Source: Lama glama
Taxonomy: Eukaryota
Length of the DNA stretch: 64,000 nt
Direction: 5' to 3'
NCBI GenBank assembly: GCA_028534125.1
Contig: CM052816.1
Span: forward strand, 76,262,001 to 76,326,000
This document shows positions 24,996-36,236 of this stretch, piece after piece. The notes beneath the pieces are model-generated. The model had not been told where the DNA came from. It searched no databases and saw only the letters and a list, made by a program, of their open reading frames with translations. The first letter of the stretch is position 1; the number at the start of each line of letters is the position of its first letter. Both the position numbers and the translations under genes were made by a program.

Positions 24996-27321
24996 TTACA
25001 ATGTTGTTTCCCTTAGTATTAAAGCCCTTGCATCTCACAGTCTTGTTTTCTCAACCCTGGGTCTCTGAAGATCCTTCATTCTTCTCTGAGTCTCTGGGTC
25101 CCCCAAACCAGGGCACTTGACATCTCTTAGATTCTTGATTTCTTGTACAGGTCTTGGGGAAATATGTGTTGCCACATCCTTAAGTATCTAATCATTTCCA
25201 TCTTCAAATTCTGTAGTTATGGTTCTGTATCAGATTGTACAAAGTGCCAAGCTATATAGGGAATTATTTCGCACAACGTTGGCCCAGTATTTTCAGGTGC
25301 CTCTATCCCTCTTAAGAACTTTCCACAGTGGGACCCTAGACCCCTACGGATTCCAAAAGGGGAAATATAAGGATGTTAGTACTTGTCCTTGCTGTAACTC
25401 TTCATAATGTAGCTGAATCTTTCACTGCCATTCTTGCTTTCCCCTCCACTTCATCTTTTCCATTTCTTCCCTAGGTTAGGATAGTATATTTCCACTATAG
25501 TGTAGCCTGCTTTCTACCTGTGTATTCAAATTAATCATACCTGAACCATGGTGGTTGATTATACTACATGGAATCTAGATAACCTGTTTACTTTTTCAAA
25601 GATACCAAGACTTCAAACCTTTTGCTTTAAATTTAAAATTTCTCTTTTGGAAGTCAAATCTGAATACTAGCTCTTTGTCTTTAAATTCCTGCTATAACAA
25701 CACTTATCATCCTTAAAGTAAATGAATGTCTCTGCCTGACTAACAAAAGGTTGGTACAAAAAATGGAAAGAAAAAAGCATATTAATATTATTCAATAATT
25801 ATCTGCATTGCCCTTTGTTAATTGGAACTTCTGTAATTATTTACTAAGATACTGAATTTTAAATTTCTAAAATTTTATATGAAAATGATAAAATTCCATT
25901 TATCTTTAATTAATTTATACCACCTTTTTGACAAACTTACTGTTACCATATTTTATTCAGAAAATCTCTGTATATCTGAATATAGTTATCCTCCTTTTGG
26001 GTGAATAACCTCTCTGAAGCTTTCTTATTATTATTAAATCAACTTTAATGACATAATTTATAGAATTTAAAATTCAGCAATTTAAAGTGTTCATATAGTT
26101 CATTGAGTTTGGACAAATATATATATAGAGAGAATGTAACTATTGCTATAAATGTGATATAAAACATTTCTACATACCCCAAAGTATTTCCTGACACCTC
26201 TATCTCCAGGCCCTGACAACTATTGATCTGCTTTCTTCTATGATATTTTGGCTTTTTCTCCTGTAAGTGGAACTCCTGTGGAAGAATCTCCTGTAAGTGG
26301 AACTGTATTTTCTGTAGTCATCCATGCCTGGCTTATTTCATACAGCATAATGCACTTGAGATCTGTTAATGTTGCTGCATATATCAGTTATTTCTTTTTT
26401 AATGCTAACTAGTATTCCATTTCATAAATATCACAATTGGAGGAGCATTTAGTTTGTTTCCCGTTTGTGGACATTATAAATAAAACTGCTATGAATATTC
26501 CAAGGGTAAGTCTTTGTGTGGAGAGAGATGTTTTCATTTCTCTTGGGTAACTATATAGGAACAGGATTACTGGGTTTTATCAACTGGGTGTTTAACTTTT
26601 AAAGCAACTTCCAAACTTTTTTCCAAGTGGCTGCTTTATTTTAAATTTTCTCAAGTGATACGCAAGAGTTCTAGTTTCTCTAAATCCATGCTAACACTTG
26701 ATGTTTTCAGTCATTTTAATTTAAGCCATTGTACAGGGTATGTAATATTATTTCATTGTGACTAATGACTGATGATGTTAAGCATCTTTTCTTGTGCTTA
26801 TTTGTAACGAGTTCTTTATAATAAGGTCTGTTTGAATCTCTTGCCCATCTTATTAGGTCCTTTGTCTTTTTTGAATTGTGTTGTAAGTGTTCTACTCATA
26901 TTCTTGGTACAAATAATTTATTGAATATGTGTCTTGCAAAGTGTTTTCTCCAAGTCTATGTCTTTCTTCTTCATTTTCTTAACATGTCTTTCAAAAAGCA
27001 ATAGTTTTAATTTCGATAAAATCTAATTTGTCTTTTTTTCATTATACAAATTTTTTGTGTGTGTCCTAAGAGATCTTTATCAAACCCAAGATCAAAAGAA
27101 TATTCCTTTTCATCTAGTAGTTATATAAATTCAGGTCATATAATTCGATGTATAATCTATTTTGAGTTAAATTTTTTATATATAGAGTTAAGGTTGAGGT
27201 TTTTTAATTTGATTGTTTGCTGTTTTGCTTTTTTCACATGGCTATCCAAATGTTTTTGCATTTATTGAAAAGACAGTCTGTTGACTACAAAATTACCTTG
27301 GCATCTCTGTCAAAAATCAAA

Positions 27322-27644
27322 CTTCTGTGTTCCCTATATACCCACTTTGGCGAGAGTTTTTGTCATAAATGGGTGTTGAATTTTATCAAATGCTTTCTCT
27401 GCATCTATTGAGATGATCATGTGGTTTTTGTCCTTTCTCTTGTTGATGTGATGTATTACATTGATTGATTTGCGTATGTTGAACCAGCCTTGTGTCCCTG
27501 GGATGAACGCCACTTGGTNNNNNNNNNNNNNNNNNNNNNNNNNNNNNNNNNNNNNNNNNNNNNNNNNNNNNNNNNNNNNNNNNNNNNNNNNNNNNNNNNN
27601 NNNNNNNNNNNNNNNNNNGATTATAAATCAATAAAAAATGTTAA
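27322..27644 (+). mobile_element. Young L1 insertion with inverted 5' segment, spanning a 100-N gap
   Basis: 27322-27518 is minus-strand ORF2 RT-region sequence; 27619-27644 is a plus-strand L1 3' end (gattataaatcaataaaaaatgttaaaa); TSD aaaaatcaaa at 27312-27321 and 27645-27654. Confidence 0.75.
27519..27618. other. Assembly gap (100 N)
   Basis: Run of N. Confidence 1.
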
Positions 27645-27759
27645 AAAAATCAAATGTCTATACGTATGTTCATTTGTTTTTGGATTTCCTTTTCTGATCC
27701 GTTCATCTGTATATGGTTATCATTACTATTATATTTGTCTGGACTTCTCTAGATGTTTT

Positions 27760-29450
27760 CCTTTTAATTTTTTTAATTGAAGTATAGTTGGCAAACAGTA
27801 TTGTATTACTTTCAGAGTACAACATAGTGATTCAACATTTGTATACAATCTTAGTTTGATCACCAAAATACATCTAATAACCATCTGAATCATATAGAGT
27901 TACTACGTTATTGACTATATTCTCCATGCTGTACATTACATCCTTGGGAATTATGTATCTTATAACTGAAAGTTTGTACCTCTTGATCTCCTTCACCTAC
28001 TTCACCGCCCTCCTCCAACTATTCTCCCCTCTGGGGACTTCTCTGTATCTATGAGTCTGTGTCTGTTTTGTTTTTTTTTATATTCCACATATAAGTGAAG
28101 TCATATGGAATTTGTCTTTCTTTCTCTTTCTGATTTGTTTTACCTCGGGTAAAACCCTCGAGGTTCAACCATATTATCACAAATGGCAAGAATTGATTCT
28201 TTTTTTTATAGCTGAACAACATTCTATTGTGTGTGTGTATACACACACACACACATATATATCCATTCACCTATCAATGAACATTTAAGTTGCTTCCATA
28301 TTTTGGCTATTGTAAATATGATCTAATGAAAATAGGATGTGTAAATCTTTTCAAATGAGTGCTTTTATTTTCTTTGGTTAAATACCCAGAAGTGAAATTG
28401 TTATTTGTTGTTTTTTTGATGATAGCCATTCTAACAGGTATGAAGTGATATCTCATTGTGATTTTTATTTGCATTTCCCTGATTATTAGTGGTGTTGAGT
28501 ATCTTTTCGTGTACCTTTAGGTCATCTGTATGTTTTACTTGGAAAAATGCGTATTCAGGTCTTCTGTCCATTTTTAATTGGATTGTCTTTTTTTTTTTTA
28601 ATATCGAATTGACCCCTTATTGGATATACCATTTGCAGATATCTTCTCACATACAGTAGGCTGCCTTTTTGTTTTGTTAGTAGTTTCCTTCACTGTGCAG
28701 AAACTTTTTAGTTTGATGTAGTCCTGTTTGTTTATTTTTGCTTTTTCCCTTGCCTGAGGGTACATATCCAAAAATAATTTCTAAAACCAATGTCCAAGAA
28801 TATACTGCCTGTGTTTTTTCTAGAAGTTTTATGGTTTCAAGTCTTTAATCCATGTTAAGTTTATTTTTGTATATGAGGTAAGAAATAGCCCAGTTTCTTT
28901 TCTTTTCTTCTTCTTTCTTTTTTTTTTTTGGATGTAGCTCTCCAGTTTTTTCAAAACCACTTGTTGAAGAGATTCTCTTTTCACCACTATGTATTCTTGC
29001 TTCCTTTGTTGTAAATTAACTGACCATTTAAACATAGGTTAATATCTGAGCTTTCTGTTCTATTCCATTGATCTATGTGTGTCAGTACTATACAGTTTTC
29101 ATTACTATAGCTTTGTACTATAGTTTGAAACCAGGGCCTGTGATACCTTCAGCTTTGTTCTGTATTTTTTAAGATTGTTTTGATTATTGGTGGTTATATG
29201 CAAATTTTAGAATTATTTGTTCCAGTTATGTGAAAAATGGCACTGATATTTTAATAGAAATTTTGTTGAATCTGTAGATTGCTTTTGGTATTATGGACAT
29301 TTTATTAATGTCCAATATTAATTCATCCAATCCATGAGAATGGTATATTTTTCCATTTATTTGTGTCATTTTCAAATTCTTCCCTCAGTGTCTTATAGTT
29401 CTCAGAATACAGGTCTTTTACCTCTTTGATTAAATTTATTCCTAGGCAAT
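27760..29450 (-). mobile_element. 5'-truncated L1 of intermediate age nested in the older L1
   Basis: 3' end ttttttaattgaagtatagttg... through ORF2 C-terminal relic (FLTSYTKINLTWIKDL); candidate TSD tctagatgtttt (27748-27759) / tctagatttttt (29451-29462). Confidence 0.85.
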
Positions 29451-29609
29451 TCTAGATTTTTTTGTATTTCAATATAAATTTAAAATTAGCTTATGAATTT
29501 TTACAAAAGACCTTTTGTGATGTTGATTTGGATTGTTTTGAATCTTTAGATTAATTTAGGAAAAATTGACATCTTAACACCATTGAATCATTCTAGTCAT
29601 AAACATGAC

Positions 29610-29907
29610 TGTATTAGCTCAAGCTGCCATAACACAATGCCATAGACTGGTGGCTTAAATAACAGATATTTATTTTTACTCAGTTCTGGAGGTCCAAACA
29701 GCAGTGTCAAGATGCTAGCATATTTGGTTTGGGGTGATACTTCTCTTCTTGGTTTGCAGCCAGTCACCTTCCTGCTGTGTCCTCACAATGGAGTTTGCTT
29801 TGTGCACATGTTTAGTGGAAATCTGAGGGAAAGAAAGAGAGAGCGTGCTCTGTTTTCTCTTCCTCTTCTTGTAAGACACCAGTACTATTGCATTAATGCT
29901 CCACCCT
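29610..29907 (-). mobile_element. MLT1A/B-like MaLR LTR (partial)
   Basis: tgtattagc...gctgccataacacaatgccatagactggtggcttaaataacag...cagttctggagg...ctgtgtcctcacaatgg. Confidence 0.8.
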
Positions 29908-30140
29908 ACCAGGCTGTCAAATTATTCAAACAAGCCAGTGAATCTTCCTGTGGTAAACAGAGGTCAGTCCACTCTCTTGTTACTACAAAGTTTGCCTCCC
30001 TTAGCATTGCTTATTCGCTCAGTTTCCAGATGCAATCCCCATGTAGTCCTGCATGGGATGCTATGTCCTCCTCCCCTGTTCTGTGAGTATATGTGACTAA
30101 TAAACTACTATCTGTCTCATCTTTCTAATGTCAGATGTTT
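29908..30140 (+). mobile_element. ERVL LTR 3' part (MER54/MER73-like)
   Basis: aattattcaaacaagcca...ctcttgttactacaaag...tgtgagtatatgtgactaataaact...tctcatct. Confidence 0.6.
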
Positions 30141-32564
30141 TTGTCCTGTCTTCAAATTTTCCTCTCTCCTCTGGTTTTTATTTTTCTGGCCTCAGGAATA
30201 TTTCAGGGCAGAAAACAAAAGGTGTTGGAAGGCACACTACTTACTTACGCTTTGTGAAAGCCTGAGCCATGTAGTGGACGGGAATGAGCTAGGGTCTAGG
30301 AGGATGGAATTGTTTGGGGGAAAGCAAGGGATGAAAGGGAGATACTGACTTCAGAGCCTATGGCTTTGAAGTTCACCTGAGGACTTTGAAACTCAGTCTG
30401 ATTTCCAACCTTGGAAAATATTCCATCCTGCGATCTCTTAGTGTGATGTGGAAGCAGCAGTCACTGGTTTAGATGGACTGTGATGGCTTGGATCACTATG
30501 AAGAGGAGACCAGTCTTCCCCATAATTGAAACTTCTACTGGTCTAATGTAATAACTATAGGTCAGATTTAAATTATTTAAGGGAAGTAAAGAGATGTGAA
30601 CTTCTTGAATATATGAGTTTATAGTTTATATGTTCTAAAATTGCCAAGATTGTTTTACATGCCTGGATTGATCCATGAGTAAGTGGTCACCAGTCATTTT
30701 GAGTGAAACTCTTACAATCCTACAGAAATGATATAAAAGTGAAAGTGACTTTTGATGCCTCTAAAGTGAGGGATAGTATATCCATTTGTTCCTTCTCTAT
30801 GAATGTAAGCCTGGGAATTAATGTGTGACCATCACAATGGTGTCAGTGAATAGACTAGGGTGTTGAAAGGTGAGACAGTTTGCCCAGACCCCTACAAACT
30901 GAGATCCAATTTTGGTGATGCATAGAGTATCCCTGTAGTAATGGATATTATTTCCTTTATAAGTATGAAAACGTCTCTGGTTCGAGTGACAAGTAGTTGA
31001 AAATACCACGTTTGTTTTTGACAAAGGAATGTAAAGGCCTAGACAAGAGAGAGTGTTTCAGTCCAGAACCTAGTCTCCACAGAAACCAAGTCTGCTAATC
31101 ACAGAGACAGTTACCATTTGTTACTAGTTTGAGATGCTCCTTTCTTAGTTTTGGAAAATCTTGTCAAACAATTTAAAAAAATGTTTTGGAATATTTGTTT
31201 TTATACCCCAAACAAAAGTATGGAAAGCAATTGTAGCAGGAAGGAAATATACATGATTTCCATTTACATAACTCTTATTTTATGCCTTTTGCTTTAACAG
31301 CCAAGCATATATAAGTTTGTTTCGGAGCCCACATAGTAAGCCCTGTGAGTTAGCTCTCCAAGAGGCATTGTAACAGGATCTTAGGTACCTCCTAAAAGCA
31401 CAGATATGGGATATAGATACAATGCAAAAAAAAAAAATTAGAATGTCAGGGGACCCACATAAACAGCTGTTTCTCACTTAAGGATCATCATTCAACTTGC
31501 TGGTATCACAACCCTATTTTGTGATCTGGATCCGAATGCAAATCATGGAATCAGCACTTTGTTAATATTCTGGTGGTAGATGAGTTGGCAGCACATAGCA
31601 TCTGGTTAGCTTGGAAAGAAGCTAGCAGCTATATTTCTCATTAAGTGGGTGCAGCTTGACTTGCCACAGGACTGGCAGGCATTTTTAAAGCTGAGTTGCT
31701 TTCATAACAAATGCCAGATGCCAGCTGGGTTTATAAACATGAGCCAGGTTTCAAATAAATCTGGTTGAACTTGAAAATACTAATGTGCCACATTGGAAAC
31801 TCTGTGTTCTAGCCATTTAGTCTTCCAACGTTTCATATATGCAGTTTAAGGGATGAATTCCTGAGGCTCTGGGATGGGGAGAGGGGTGTGAGAGCTGGGG
31901 GCAGGGGTTAGAGGGATATGATTTGACAGGAATGGACCTGGATCCTGCAAGCCAGGGAGGCTGGCGTGCAAAGAGGGAATTTTTTCCTGTTTTATTAAAA
32001 AAGAAAAAGACTTTGTGATTTTTAAGAATTGGGAGGCCTTCCTATTTCTCTCAATGCCATTCAATAGTGGACTGTAATCTATGAGACCTGAGTTATAGAC
32101 CTCTCTGTTTTACAAATGACGTGAGCACTCCATCTTTCTGGGCCTTACCACATGCAAAATGAATATAGTAATTTTTCCTACTCTAACATATAGTCTAAAA
32201 ATTATAAGGATTAAAATTAGATATAACTGGAGATTTTATCACTCTGATGGTTTTCTGTCAAGTTTACAGATACCATTGTATTCTCTGTAAATATCTGTTT
32301 GCTTCCATTGTTACATGTATTTTGAAATGTGTTATTTATATTGCTACCTTTTGATTTTAAATTGTTGGCCAAAATGAGGTAATGTATGAGCTCATCATTG
32401 ACCTTAAGTATATGCATCCTGTGCTTGTTTTTCATATATGGAAATAATTAAATTGACATTTAAAATGGAATTTTACTGTACAGGGAAAGGGATCAGATAT
32501 TTATAATTAAATTATTTTTCATAAAATAGTACACTACACATTCTATACATGGTACAGTATTTGA

Positions 32565-32768
32565 GGACATCAACTAAACAAGGGTTAAATTCTTATTTTG
32601 CATTTTGTGGTTGACTGACCTTGAGAAATTCATTTAAGTACTCTGGGCTTCGATCTTCATATCCATAAAATGGGGCTATGTTTCAAGGTCAAAAAGGCAC
32701 AATGCATGTAAAATATTTGGTGTGGTTCCTGACTCATAGAAAGCACACTATAAATGTTAACTATTAAT
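32565..32768 (+). mobile_element. MIR remnant
   Basis: tgaccttgagaaattcatttaagtactctgggcttcgatcttcatatccataaaatgggg...ataaatgttaactatt. Confidence 0.65.
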
Positions 32769-33059
32769 GCAGGTTATTTTTGGAAGACTGTGTTTCCTTA
32801 AACTTTCAAAAACACTCTGGGCCAACTGAATAAAATTGAACAAAAGATATAATCAGCATTATGGCTTTGGTGCAAAGATTAAGAGAATTGATAAATATTT
32901 AAATTGAATGTTTATCAATATGCTTCAGGGTTACGAGGAGTAAGGTGTAGTCATTGTATGAAGAAGTTTAGTGTACTTGGGGGCACAGCATGAGAATCAG
33001 TGACTTCACAGTGCAGCTAATGTTCTGATGGCTGTTGTGGAATTTCAGAGAAGAGATAC

Positions 33060-33605
33060 CAAAGTCTGAGTCAGCACCTTGATAAGGCAAGGGTAGGAGT
33101 TAAGTGTCCACAATGACTTCCTAAATTAAAGGATACCTGAGCTGAGTCTCTGTGGTAGGAAAGGATAGGGGGATGATTCCTAGACAGAGAAGCAGGATGA
33201 GCCAAGATGCAAAGGCTTGAAAAAGTATGGTGCGTTTGTCCATCTAAGAAGGTGTCAGAATGCCTTGTAGGAAGTACTGCTTTGAGAATATAATAAGAGA
33301 ATGGACTGTCCAGGAGAAGAGACACATAATAGGTTGTGGATTCAGTTTTGAATGCAGACCTTTGACAAGGTAAGAACAAATGAAGAGAAGGGGGAGCATG
33401 GGCAGAGGTAAAACAACAAAACAAAACAAAACCCCATGTTGTAGCTGTAGTCCAGGTGAAAATGATGACACGAACTAAGGCAGTGGTGGTGGCAGATGAG
33501 GCAAAGACAAGAGGCAGGAGAGGGAGATTAAGGTGGTAGGACCAAATGGCCTGCGAGGAAGAACATAGGATAAAAGATGACTCAGATTTCTGGGTTGGGC
33601 AATTC
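33060..33605 (-). mobile_element. L2 remnant
   Basis: gatacctgagctgagtct...tagtccaggtgaaaatgatg...aactaaggcagtggtggtgg...agatgactcagatttctggg. Confidence 0.65.
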
Positions 33606-34042
33606 AAGGCATAAGGTAAACACAACCTATTCCTTAACATTGTTTAGGAATCTTTTTTTTTTAATTTCCTCTATCATCTCCATAATTGACTTCGTGCCTA
33701 AAGCTTTAAAAAGGTATTGTGTCTTAAAGCAATTTCCGAGAAAACATTAGGTATCACTCCCAGAAATCTGAGTAACACCTTACTTCATCCATCCACTCTC
33801 AGGGACATTGGTGATCTTCTCTCCACATTAAAATTCAATTTGATCATTCTTTTTATATAAGGTACACTTAAACCAAATGTAATGTTTGGGGCAAAACACA
33901 CATTTTAAAAATACTAAGCCTGAACTTAAGGATGTAGGTAAAAACTTTCAAATCAGAATAATGTAATACCTGATGTAAATCTCAGTTCACTTTTCTGGAC
34001 CTCAGTTTCCTCATTTAGAAGATAACTATATGTTGGTCTAGA

Positions 34043-34199
34043 AGTTTGTTCTTAACTACTGTAGCATAGAAAACTCTTTGAGAATGTGCTTCCATTTCCA
34101 GAAAAATAAACATACCTGTATATTAACAAATACCAGTTTCAGAGGGGATTCTAGACCCTTCCTAAAGTCTGCTCATGAATCTCAAAATATAAACCTCAG
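34043..34199. mobile_element. hAT-Charlie MITE inserted into a MIR remnant (about 33975-34230)
   Basis: gttcttaac...ctttgagaat...ccagaaaaat...tttcagaggggattctagaccc...; inserted next to a TCTAGA site; MIR resumes at agatgatctatgagagtcttcc. Confidence 0.5.
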
Positions 34200-34302
34200 A
34201 GTCAGATGATCTATGAGAGTCTTCCTAGGAAGACTGTGTCTATGAAGACAAGAAGCCAAGGAATAGGAGAGAGACAGAGGAGAAATGGAGGAAACTGTGG
34301 CC

Positions 34303-34381
34303 CTATTGCTATTATTATTATTATTGTTATTGTTATTATTATTATTATATCATCATCATCATCATCATCACCATCATCGTC
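34303..34381. repeat. Compound trinucleotide microsatellite (ATT/GTT)n-(ATC)n
   Basis: Seen directly; explains the poly-L/poly-H and poly-I/poly-S ORFs. Confidence 0.95.
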
Positions 34382-34404
34382 ACATGAATTGTTGTTATTG
34401 CCTT

Positions 34405-36236
34405 TACTATATATTTGTCTTTATTAGTGGGATTTTCCTTTTCCATAGATTCTTATTTCTTGTAGGCCTTTTCTTTTCCACTTAGAAAAGATCCTTCAAC
34501 AGTTTTTTTAGGGTAGGTTTGGTATTGATGAACTTTTACTTTTTGCTTGCCTGAGAAGCTCTCTATTTCTATTTCAGTTCTCAATGATAATCTTCCTGGG
34601 GAAAGTATCATAGGTTGCAGGTTTTTCCCTTTCGGCAGTTTAAGTATATTATGCCACTCCCTTCTGGTCTGCATAAAAATTGGCCCATGGACTTATGAGG
34701 GTTCCCTTGATGTGACTTTTTGTTTTCCTTTTGCTGCCTTCATATTTCTCTCTTTAACTTTTGCCGTTTTAATTATGATATAGTTTGGTGTGGGTTCTCT
34801 TTGGATTCATCCTGTTTTGTGACTCCCTGTGATTCCTGTACCTGGATATATGTTTCGTTCTTTAAGTTTGGAAGTTTTCATTCAGAATTTCCTCAAATGC
34901 TTTTTCAACCCTTCTCTCTCTCTTTTCTCCTTCTGGGGCCCCTATAACTTGAATGTTGGTATACTTGATGTTGTCACAGAGGTCTCTCATTTTTAATTTG
35001 TTTTTCCTTTGGCTGTTCTGCTTGGGTGCTTTCCATGATTCTATCTTTTAGGTCACTTGTACTTTCTTCTGTATCACCTAGTCTGCTGTTTCTGCCTTCT
35101 AAGGTGTTTTTCATTTCATTTATTGTATTCTTTACTTCTGACTGGATCTTTTTTATATTTTCTAAATCCTTGTTAAAATTCTCACTGTGTTTATCTCCTA
35201 TTTTTCCTACTTCAGCTAGTATTTTTATTACTTTGAACTCTTTATCTGGTACAGTATTTATCTCTGTTTCATTAGTTGTTTTTTCCTTATTCTTTTGTTT
35301 TAAACAAATTCCTCTGCCTTCTTATTTTGTTTACGTCTCTCTGTTTCTATGAAATTAGGTGAAAGAGTTAACCTAATTCAGTCTTGAAGGCATATGGTTG
35401 TGTGGCAGTGTCCCTATTTAGGCTGTGTGTGCCCAGTGGCTTTTGTGGGAGAGCTGGATCTCAAGTGAGCAAGAGTCATGTCTTCCATCAGGGTGGGCTG
35501 GCAGCTATCACCCTGCTAGGAGGTGGTGCTGGAGGTGGAGGGGCTAATGCAAAAGGCAGGTGTGAGTCAAGGCTTCTCCTCTGCTCAGTGGCCAACACCA
35601 CCCTATCAGGCATCAGGTACCAAGTTGCTAGAGCAAAATCTCTGAGGGTTGGATCCAAGCTGGTTCTGTCCCCTCTAAGTGTGTGCTCTCCCCATTCCCA
35701 ACATTGGCATCTTTGCTCCAGAGAGAAGTAGTGCTGGAGCAAGAGAGGCCAGAGCCAGTACTGGGCTTGGGCTGGGGCATGTGATGAGGCTGTCATTGGA
35801 AATCAGCCAGAGCAATCTGAATCAGTCCGCTTCCTCCTCTTTGTTTCAGGAGTAAGCAAATGTGTGCATACTCTGCACAAGCAGAGACTAGCTTTCTTAT
35901 CGCCCTGCTATCAGTCCCACTGGTTTTCAAACCAGCTTTTGGGGCTCATACTCTAGGTTTCAGTCCCCAGGGAGGATCTCCCAGTCTTTGTAATCCCTCT
36001 GTGGGGGCTCTTCTGTGTCCTTACACAGGGGCACAGGTCCTGACCCGACTGCTTCTTTTCCCTTATGACCTGACTTTGTGTGGATCTTTGTTACAGCCTT
36101 GGTTTTATAAGAGCCTTTCTACCAGTCTCCAGTTTGTTTTCAGTGAGAACTATTCCACATATAGATGCATTTTTGATATGTTTGAAGGGGGAAGTGAGCT
36201 CCACGTCTCCCACTCCACCATCTTTATCTCTTCCTC
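34405..36236 (-). mobile_element. 3'-truncated L1 (5'UTR + ORF1 + part of spacer), no poly(A) tail, perfect 11-bp TSD
   Basis: TSD gttattgcctt at 34394-34404 and 36237-36247; 5' terminus has AAAGATGGTGG; ORF1 relic includes QTRREWHNILKLPKGKNLQPMILSPGRLS. Confidence 0.9.
34482..35325 (-). pseudogene. Disrupted L1 ORF1
   Basis: Similar to the ORF1p C-terminal motif (ARREW...KNLQPRILYPARLSF); stop TAA at 34482-34484; putative start ATG changed to ATA at about 35325; frameshifted. Confidence 0.75.

Larger units (their letters stand above)
26025..29609 (-). mobile_element. Old L1 (L1MB/MC-like) 3' portion, interrupted by two younger L1 insertions
   Basis: Host pieces at about 26025-27321, 27655-27759 and 29451-29609 are largely colinear antisense L1 3'UTR/ORF2 sequence. 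Confidence 0.8.

Noticed and set aside
27386..27780. 81-aa and 96-aa ORFs
   Set aside because: They read through the 100-N gap, and the flanks are L1.
33071..33640. 189-aa minus-strand ORF
   Set aside because: Lies in a degenerate L2; the peptide is compositionally biased with no recognisable domain.
34206..34485. Poly-Leu/His and poly-Ile/Ser ORFs
   Set aside because: Translations of a trinucleotide microsatellite.
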